A stretch of DNA of 50,409 nucleotides from a virus (Duplodnaviria > Caudoviricetes), in IMG/VR virus record IMGVR_UViG_3300010052_000152, positions 1 to 50,409 of that record; one strand, given 5' to 3'. The position numbers were made by a program, and so were the translations under genes. The notes under the pieces were generated by a model, which saw only the letters and a program-made list of their open reading frames with translations, made no database searches and had not been told where the DNA came from. This document shows positions 43,747 through 50,409 of this stretch, piece after piece. The number at the start of each line of letters is the position of its first letter. The stretch's first letter is position 1.

Positions 43747-43768
43747 CCAGCCGGCGCCACCACCCCAG

Positions 43769-43793
43769 AAACCCGCCTCGAGCGGGTTTTTTT
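43769..43793 (+). terminator. Intrinsic terminator
   Basis: AAACCCGC-CTCGA-GCGGGTTT plus T-run. Confidence 0.85.
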
Positions 43794-43805
43794 ATGGAGT
43801 AACCG

Positions 43806-44822
43806 ATGACCCAGCTCTTTACAAACGACGCCAATGCGCTGCTGACTGCGCCCGTCGCCCCCGGTGACCTGACCTTCACGATCGAGGCATCGAAGGCCGA
43901 CAAGTTTCCCGTGGCCAACACCGGCACCGACCCGGTGGGAACCGTGGGCAAGGACTGGTTCAAGGCCGCTCTGGAGAACTTGGCCGGCGAAATCGAGTAT
44001 GTGCATGTGCGCACGCGCACCCTGGCCAGCGGCATCTGCAGCAATGTCATCCGGGCCCGGGAGGGTAGCACCGCGCTGGCTTTTGCCGCAGGCTCGGTGT
44101 GCGAGCTCCGCGTGGTGGCCGACGACATCCAGGATGCGATCGACCTGTCGGCCAACGCCATCAACCGCAACGGCGACACGATTTCGAGCGTGCTGAACGT
44201 GCCTTTGGTGACCACTGGCTCCAACACCGCCCAGGTGGTCAGCTCGGCCTACGTGAAGCAGGAGATTGCCGCCATCCCAGACGCGGCGGCTGGCACAAGG
44301 GGCCTGGCGCTGCTCGCCAGCAATGCCGAGGCCCTGGCCGGCACCGAGAACAGCAAGATCATGACCGCATTGCGTGTTGCGCAATCGATCGCCCAACGGG
44401 TGGTTGCCGCCACTACCTCACTGGCCGGCATCGCGCCGATCGCTACCAACACGCAGATGACCACTGGCACTGACGACGCCAGCATCGTCACGCCTCTGAA
44501 ACTGCGGCTCGGCTTCTCTTTGACGCTGGGGAGCACTGGCCACATCTCCTTCCCGACGTGGCTGGGCGGCCTGATGCTGCAGTGGGGAACCACCGTGGTT
44601 CATGCCGGCTCCGGGTCCGTGGGCACCACCTTCTTCTCTACGGCGTTCAACACCACCTGCGCATCGCTTGTGCTGACCGATGCGTCGACCACCAGCGTCA
44701 ATGCCGTGGTGTGGGCTGTTGACACGTTGAACCTGGGGAGCTTCACCTCGTACTGGAACGCCTCGGCCAGCCCGCCGAACTCCATCAACCGCAGCGCCCG
44801 CTATATCGCCTTGGGCTGGTAA
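43806..44822 (+). CDS. Second tail fibre / receptor-binding protein, 338 aa
   Basis: N-terminal RAREGSTALAF.AG..ELRV head-attachment-like motif. C-terminal GGLMLQWG..F...F..YIALGW. Confidence 0.78.
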   Translation: MTQLFTNDANALLTAPVAPGDLTFTIEASKADKFPVANTGTDPVGTVGKDWFKAALENLAGEIEYVHVRTRTLASGICSNVIRAREGSTALAFAAGSVCELRVVADDIQDAIDLSANAINRNGDTISSVLNVPLVTTGSNTAQVVSSAYVKQEIAAIPDAAAGTRGLALLASNAEALAGTENSKIMTALRVAQSIAQRVVAATTSLAGIAPIATNTQMTTGTDDASIVTPLKLRLGFSLTLGSTGHISFPTWLGGLMLQWGTTVVHAGSGSVGTTFFSTAFNTTCASLVLTDASTTSVNAVVWAVDTLNLGSFTSYWNASASPPNSINRSARYIALGW

Positions 44823-44830
44823 GGCATTTC

Positions 44831-46858
44831 ATGACCGGCATAGCCATCCAGGCATTCAGGGGCGCGGTCCCCAGGATCTCCGCCCGCCTGCTGAACGACA
44901 ACCAGGCCCAGCGCGCGCTCAATTGCAAGATCACGTCCGGCCGCATCGACCCGCTCAAGGGCCTGGGCCTGGTGCACACCTCAGACCTGGCCGGCACGAT
45001 CGCCACGATGTACCGGTACCGGCACCTGGAAGCGTACAACTGGCTGGTGTGGCCGCGCGTGGTCGACGTGACGCGCTCGCCGGTCGCGCAGGACAGCCTA
45101 GGCCGCTTCTACTACACCGGTGACGGTGAGCCGCGCATGAGCACCTATGCGGACGCCATCAGCGGCGGCGGCCCGTACCCGGCTGCGGGCTACGTGCTGG
45201 GCGTGACGCCGCCGCCGGCCGTCATGGCGATCACGGTGGTGGGCGGCGCATTGGCTGACGAAACCCGCGCCTACGTCTATACCTTCGTGACTGCCTACGG
45301 CGAGGAATCGGGGCCAAGTCCGGCGCTGGTAAAGACCGGCAAGCCAGACGGCAGCTGGAACATCACCGGCATGAGCGTCGCGCTGCCCAACAGCGGCACC
45401 ATCAGCGGTGCCGTGAAGGACACGCCGCTCCCGGGCCAGGTGGAAGTCACCCTGGACACGGTCGCAGGGCTGGCAGCCTACGAAGAGCTGACCTTCGCGG
45501 GCGTGGGCGGCATGACCGACCTGAACGGCACCTTCGCGATCGTCAGCATCAACACCGGCACGAACAAGGTGGTGGTGAACCTGGCCACCACGCAAACCTA
45601 CAGCGCCGGCAGCGACACGTGGGCGCGCAAGGCGCCGCATCACACCGCAGGCATGGTCAAGCGGATCTACCGGACCATCGGCACCAACACCGACTACAAG
45701 CTCGTGGCCGAAATACCGGTCGCGGACGCCACCTACAACGACACCATCCCGTCGGCCACGGTGTCGCTGAACAACGGCATCCCGACCCTGGACACGCTGG
45801 TGCCGCTGAAAAACATGCACAGCCTGGTGCTGCTGTCGAACGGCGCGCTCGCCGGCGCCGTAGGCAACCAGATCTGCTTTTCGGAGCAGGGCAAGCCCTA
45901 TTCGTGGCCGCTGAGCAACCGCTATACGGTGCCTGGCACCATCGTGGCCCTGGTGCCGGCGGGCAACTCGGTCATCATCCTGACCGACAACTTCCCCTAC
46001 CTGGCCACGGCCACGGTGCCGGAAGCGGCCAGCGTTGCGAAGATCCCGGGCGACACCCTGGCGCCGTGCCTGGCCAAGCAGGGCGTGGTGGATATCGGCT
46101 CGGGCGCGATCTACCCGAGCCACGACGGGCTGTATGTGGTGACCACCAGCGGCGCGCGCAACATCACCGAGAGCCTGTACAGCTTCGACGAATGGACGTT
46201 GCTCTATCCGGCGACCTTCAAGGCAGCGTTTTACAACCAGCGGTATCACGCCATGCACCAGACGGCGGACACCGAGCAGGACCGCATCCTGGTGCTCAAC
46301 GTCAAGGAGCCGGACAGCATCATCGAGGTGACAGAGCAGGTCGATGCGCTGTTCGCCAACCCGTGGGACGGCCTGCTTTACGTGGGCCAGGCCAACAAGA
46401 TCTACCAGTGGGACCAGGACGACGACAACCGGTATCTCGCCTTCTGGGAATCGCGGGAGTACCAGCTCGGGCAGCCGGTCAATTTCACCATCGCGCAGCT
46501 GCAGGCGCGCTTTGAAGACATCGTTCCGGCCAACACCTCGATTCTGGACGCCAACCTGGCGCTGCTGGCCAATTCGGGCAACGTGAACGGAGCGATCGGC
46601 TCGGCGCGCGTCGGTCGCTATGGCCTGGGCCGCTCGGCGCTGCGCCCGGTGCCGCAGGTGACCACCGGATCGGTGCAGTTCACGCTGGTCAAGGACGGCG
46701 TGGCCGTCTACACGAAGCAGGTGATGGGCAAGCAGCCGTTCAGACTCCCGTCGGGCTTCAAGTCGGACACCTACAGCATGCAGATCACCACCTCGATCCC
46801 GGTGTACTCGGTGGTGATCGCGCAGGGCGCGGTCGAACTCAGGCAGGCCTCGGTATGA
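44831..46858 (+). CDS. Podovirus tail protein (tail hub/nozzle-like), 675 aa
   Basis: F.G.VPR, YVYTFVT.YGEESGPS, FSEQGKPYSWP, PFRLPSG. Beta-rich. Confidence 0.7.
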   Translation: MTGIAIQAFRGAVPRISARLLNDNQAQRALNCKITSGRIDPLKGLGLVHTSDLAGTIATMYRYRHLEAYNWLVWPRVVDVTRSPVAQDSLGRFYYTGDGEPRMSTYADAISGGGPYPAAGYVLGVTPPPAVMAITVVGGALADETRAYVYTFVTAYGEESGPSPALVKTGKPDGSWNITGMSVALPNSGTISGAVKDTPLPGQVEVTLDTVAGLAAYEELTFAGVGGMTDLNGTFAIVSINTGTNKVVVNLATTQTYSAGSDTWARKAPHHTAGMVKRIYRTIGTNTDYKLVAEIPVADATYNDTIPSATVSLNNGIPTLDTLVPLKNMHSLVLLSNGALAGAVGNQICFSEQGKPYSWPLSNRYTVPGTIVALVPAGNSVIILTDNFPYLATATVPEAASVAKIPGDTLAPCLAKQGVVDIGSGAIYPSHDGLYVVTTSGARNITESLYSFDEWTLLYPATFKAAFYNQRYHAMHQTADTEQDRILVLNVKEPDSIIEVTEQVDALFANPWDGLLYVGQANKIYQWDQDDDNRYLAFWESREYQLGQPVNFTIAQLQARFEDIVPANTSILDANLALLANSGNVNGAIGSARVGRYGLGRSALRPVPQVTTGSVQFTLVKDGVAVYTKQVMGKQPFRLPSGFKSDTYSMQITTSIPVYSVVIAQGAVELRQASV

Positions 46859-47049
46859 AAGCGGCCATCCCCGCACTGATGACGCCGGACGCTGACCTGT
46901 CGCAGTTTGCTGCGGCCGTGAAGCAGAACGTCGACAGCATGACCGGGCAGCAAAAGAACGCCGTCAAGCTGGTGCCGCTGGCCAGCACCGCCACGCTGGC
47001 CGAGGTGATCACGCAGCTGAACGCCATCCTCGATCGGATGCAGGGATGA
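46855..47049 (+). CDS. Small virion-associated protein, 64 aa
   Basis: ATGA overlaps at both ends. Confidence 0.65.
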   Translation: MKAAIPALMTPDADLSQFAAAVKQNVDSMTGQQKNAVKLVPLASTATLAEVITQLNAILDRMQG

Positions 47050-47675
47050 GCCTCGACAGCTTTAGAAAAGCGCTGGGCTCCAAGCTCGGCGAGGTGATCA
47101 CGCCTGAGCTGGCGGCCTGGCTGGAGGCAAACGCCTTCGACCGGCTCGACCTGTCGTTTGACCCGGCCATTTTCGGAAGCGCGCTTTATCGCGGACTGCT
47201 GTTCCGCGTGGAGCGGATCAGGGACATCGAGAAGGAAATCCACCCGCTGCACGAGCTGCACTGGCAGGAAACCGAGAAGCACCGCCACGGCCTGCAGATG
47301 CAGCCCAACTACGCGGGGTTCAAAGCATCCGAAATGGCCGGCCGGCTGCTGCAGTTCACGGCCCGCGATGCCGATGGCGCGCTGGTCGGAAACATCCGCA
47401 TGAAGCTCTACACGAGCGAGCACACCCAGCGGCTCGTCGCGCAGGAAGACACCTTTTACCTCATGCCGGCGGCCCGCAAGGGCTTCACCGCCATCCGCTT
47501 CTGGCAATTCATGGAGCAGGCCGTGGAAGCGATCGGCGTGGGCGAAATCTACACCGACAGCAAGGTCGCCAACCAGGTGGGCCGGCTGAACGAATACCTC
47601 GGCTACACGCATGTGGCCAACGTCTATCACAAGTTTTTAGGGGAAAAATCATGTGCAGTGAATCACCAGCTGTAG
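47046..47675 (+). CDS. GNAT-fold acyltransferase-like protein, 209 aa
   Basis: FYLMPAARKG..A, and RL.EYLGY. Confidence 0.65.
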   Translation: MSLDSFRKALGSKLGEVITPELAAWLEANAFDRLDLSFDPAIFGSALYRGLLFRVERIRDIEKEIHPLHELHWQETEKHRHGLQMQPNYAGFKASEMAGRLLQFTARDADGALVGNIRMKLYTSEHTQRLVAQEDTFYLMPAARKGFTAIRFWQFMEQAVEAIGVGEIYTDSKVANQVGRLNEYLGYTHVANVYHKFLGEKSCAVNHQL

Positions 47676-48742
47676 ACCCGGGCGTCGGCCTTGCCGCGCA
47701 GGCCAACGCCGCGGTGGCGGCGGACACGCTCGCCTGGTACAAGGCCAAAGATGCGGAAATGAAGCCGTATCGCGACAAGGCCATACAGATGGCCATGGAC
47801 CAGGCCGACATCCAGACGCAGACGGCGGCCAAGCAGAACGCGATGGCCGACGAGACGTACAACTACACCAAGAACACGTTCCGCCCGCTCGAGCAGAAGA
47901 TCGCCGGGGACGCGCTCGCCTACGACACGCCCGAGCGGCGCGCCCAGGAGGCCGCGCAGGCGCAGGCTGACGTGGGCAGCGCCACCGACGCGATGCGGGG
48001 CAACATTGCCCGCGACGTGGCCGCGCGCGGTGGTGACGTGAATTCCGGCAACTTCATGGCGGGCATGGGCCGGATGTCGATCGACCAGGCCGCCAAGACG
48101 GCGGCAGCCGGCAACCAGGCGCGCAAGAACGTGGAAGCGATCGGCAGTGCCAAGCTGGCCGATGCTGCAGCACTGGGCCGCGGCATCGCGTCGACCAATG
48201 CCACGCAAACCCAGCTGGGCTTGCAGGCGGGCAACTCGGCCGTGGGCAACGCCCAGGTGCCGGGCAACATCGCCGCGCAGCAGGGCACCATGATGGCCCA
48301 GGGCGCGAACACCGCGATCGCTGGCAACAACAGCTCCGGAAACCTCCTGCTGGGGCAGTACCAGGCGCAGAACGCGGCAGCGAATCAGGATTCGGGGTTG
48401 TGGGGTGCGCTTGGCCAAGCAGGCGGCGCCGCGATCATGAAGTGGTCCGATGTGAACATGAAGGAGGACATCGAGCCCGTTGACCCAAACAAGGCGCTGG
48501 AAGCGGTCGAGAAAACGCCTGTTTCCGAGTGGAAATACAAGGACGGTTCAGCGGGCGCCGACGGCGGCAAAAAACACGTGGGCCCGATGGCTCAGGACGT
48601 GAACGCCACCATGGGTGAGGCCACGGCACCGCGCGGCCGGGCCATCGATATCGTGAGCATGAGCGGCACGATGATGGCCGCCATCAAGGGCCTTTCCAAC
48701 AAGGTCAACCGGATTGCCGCAGCTTCCGGCATTTCCGTTTAA
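47651..48742 (+). CDS. Ala/Gln-rich internal virion-like protein with a C-terminal S74-like intramolecular chaperone domain, 363 aa
   Basis: WSDVNMKEDI..W.YK..HVGPMAQDV..AAIKGL. Confidence 0.7.
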   Translation: MCSESPAVDPGVGLAAQANAAVAADTLAWYKAKDAEMKPYRDKAIQMAMDQADIQTQTAAKQNAMADETYNYTKNTFRPLEQKIAGDALAYDTPERRAQEAAQAQADVGSATDAMRGNIARDVAARGGDVNSGNFMAGMGRMSIDQAAKTAAAGNQARKNVEAIGSAKLADAAALGRGIASTNATQTQLGLQAGNSAVGNAQVPGNIAAQQGTMMAQGANTAIAGNNSSGNLLLGQYQAQNAAANQDSGLWGALGQAGGAAIMKWSDVNMKEDIEPVDPNKALEAVEKTPVSEWKYKDGSAGADGGKKHVGPMAQDVNATMGEATAPRGRAIDIVSMSGTMMAAIKGLSNKVNRIAAASGISV

Positions 48743-48969
48743 CTCACGCAATCGAAAACGAACTGGTCCGAGTTGTAGGACGGGCGCGCTATCAGGCGGG
48801 CGAACCGCTGGTGCTTCGAACATTCCGCCTCGGCCAGCTTTTGCGCCTCCACCGTGGCGCCGTCAGGCCCGCTGATGATGACCTGCCGGGGGCTGGAACT
48901 GACGACTTTGGTCGCACAGCCCGCCAGCAGGGACAGGGCACACACAGAAGCAAGCATTGCGATTTTCAT
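48739..48969 (-). CDS. Lipoprotein, 76 aa, antisense to the late operon
   Basis: LLAGC lipobox, CAGGAGG RBS, two further Cys residues. Confidence 0.8.
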   Translation of the reverse strand: MKIAMLASVCALSLLAGCATKVVSSSPRQVIISGPDGATVEAQKLAEAECSKHQRFARLIARPSYNSDQFVFDCVS

Positions 48970-49050
48970 AGGTCTACCTCCTGAAAACCGCAGTGTAAGC
49001 CATCAATTTTTGCAATTCATGGCCACTTTTTGGCCGCAGGAGCACTCCCT

Positions 49051-50409
49051 ATGTCAAAAGCTGTAGCCTTTCTCGCCGGTTTCGGAACCGGCATGCTGGA
49101 CCAAACCCGGCGCGATGAAGAGAAGGCCCGCCAGGCTAAGCTGGACAAGATCACTTTCGATCGCGCGGACCGCGAAGCCAAGACGGCGGACCGGGAAGAC
49201 CGCAAGCAGCGCGAGATTGAAGCCGCCAACGCCGACACCACCGTCACGCCGGGCGCGGCGGTCACGGGCCTCTCGACCGACGGCAACGCCGCCCAGTACA
49301 CCGATGCGGATGTGGCTGGCTCGGATCTACGCCAGGCCCGGCAGATGGCAGAACAGACCGGCGCGCCGGCGCCCGTCACCAGTGTGGCCCCCAAGTTTGC
49401 AGCCAACGGCATTAACTTCGACACACAGGCTCAGGCCGGCGCCGCCGCGAAGGCAGCCAACGACCCCAACGCCAAGGCCGCCCGCAGCGCGGCCGTGATC
49501 GCGAAATACGACCCAGTGGCGGGCCAGCAAATGCGCCTGGCCAACACGCAGGTGAACGCGGCCGAGCAGAAGGAGGCCGACCAGAAGTGGAACCAGGACC
49601 TGTGGGGCGCCATGCAGGCCGGCCACGAAGGTATGGCGCAGCTGGTGTCCAAGTCCAACGGCGGGTCCATGGCGGGGGTGCAACTCAAGGCTGTACCCAC
49701 GCCGGACGGCCAGAGCGTGGTTTACAACAAGGTTAACCCCGACGGCACCATGGTGCCAACCAAACTGGTGTTCCCCAACAACCAGGACGGCGTGATGCAG
49801 GCCGCCTACATGCTGGACAAGACGGTGACCCCCGCGCAGCGCCTGGAGCACGCCTTGAAAGTCAACAAGGACGAGCGCGAGGGTACTGAAAGCCTGGCCA
49901 AGGCCGGCTACTACGATGCTCTGGCGGGCAAGAACAACGCCCTGGCCGAGAACGGCGGCACGTCGAAGAAGGCCGACCACTTCGACGCGAAACAGTGGGA
50001 TGCCGCTGGCAAGATCGACAAGTCGGTGGTATCGCTGCCCAACGCGATGGGCGACAAGGACGTGGAATCCGGCGACCTGCGATCGGCCTATCTGCAGGTG
50101 TTCAACGCAGCCAAGGCCAGCGGCAGCATGGCGCCCAACGAGGCGGTGGAGCACGCCACGACCACCATCGTGAAGCTGAAAAACGCCGCAGCCACCCGCG
50201 TGGAGCAGGCGCTGGCCGCTGATCCGAAGTCCAAACTGACGATCGACAAGGCCGTGCGCGACATCTTGAAGGAATCGCAGGCCTTCACCAAAAAGGCCGG
50301 GCCCGCGGCCGCGCTGGGCGCGCCGGCGGGCAACGCGCCGCCCAGCTCGGCAAAGCAGGGGCAGATCGACATCCTCAACCAGGAAATGCGCAAGGCGGTG
50401 GCCGCCGCC
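49051..50409 (+). CDS. Large internal virion/ejection-type protein, truncated at the window end
   Basis: AGGAG RBS. MSKAVAFLAGFGTGMLDQ... The frame is read as open to the window edge and is Ala-rich and helical. Confidence 0.7.
   Translation, partial: MSKAVAFLAGFGTGMLDQTRRDEEKARQAKLDKITFDRADREAKTADREDRKQREIEAANADTTVTPGAAVTGLSTDGNAAQYTDADVAGSDLRQARQMAEQTGAPAPVTSVAPKFAANGINFDTQAQAGAAAKAANDPNAKAARSAAVIAKYDPVAGQQMRLANTQVNAAEQKEADQKWNQDLWGAMQAGHEGMAQLVSKSNGGSMAGVQLKAVPTPDGQSVVYNKVNPDGTMVPTKLVFPNNQDGVMQAAYMLDKTVTPAQRLEHALKVNKDEREGTESLAKAGYYDALAGKNNALAENGGTSKKADHFDAKQWDAAGKIDKSVVSLPNAMGDKDVESGDLRSAYLQVFNAAKASGSMAPNEAVEHATTTIVKLKNAAATRVEQALAADPKSKLTIDKAVRDILKESQAFTKKAGPAAALGAPAGNAPPSSAKQGQIDILNQEMRKAVAAA

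Noticed and set aside
41538-44822. Diversity-generating retroelement or invertible tail-fibre switch
   Set aside because: No reverse transcriptase, invertase, or template/variable repeat pair was noticed in the window.

Overview
This is a contiguous part of a temperate, high-GC tailed phage or prophage. The host is probably a betaproteobacterium of the Burkholderiales/Comamonadaceae type (inferred from gene families only). It has four regions. (1) A leftward early operon (1-15927): RecT/YqaJ recombination pair, SPFH protein, repeat-expanded C5 cytosine methyltransferase, J-domain protein, many small Cys-rich ORFs, and a distal translationally coupled vWA + atypical adenylosuccinate-synthetase-like cassette. 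(2) A lambdoid immunity switch (cI/cro, PL/PR, AACAnnnGTTGA operators). (3) A rightward early operon: helicase-methylase fusion, initiator with internal iterons, DnaB, RuvC-like resolvase, nin-like genes including HhH-fold and Ntn-hydrolase proteins, and a Q-like antiterminator. (4) A late operon: tRNA-His-like gene, structured leader, lysis cassette with embedded Rz1, TerS/TerL, P22-like portal, scaffold, CsrA-like protein, N4-gp56-type capsid, two tail-fibre genes, and podovirus tail/ejection proteins running off the right edge. No integrase, att site, CRISPR array or reverse transcriptase is visible. Best candidates for undescribed biology: the vWA/PurA-paralog cassette (not PurZ; aspartate loop replaced), the CsrA-like gene with a GGA-loop hairpin in the capsid leader, and the multi-hairpin RNA region after the tRNA. 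All family calls come from motif recognition by eye, not from database searches.
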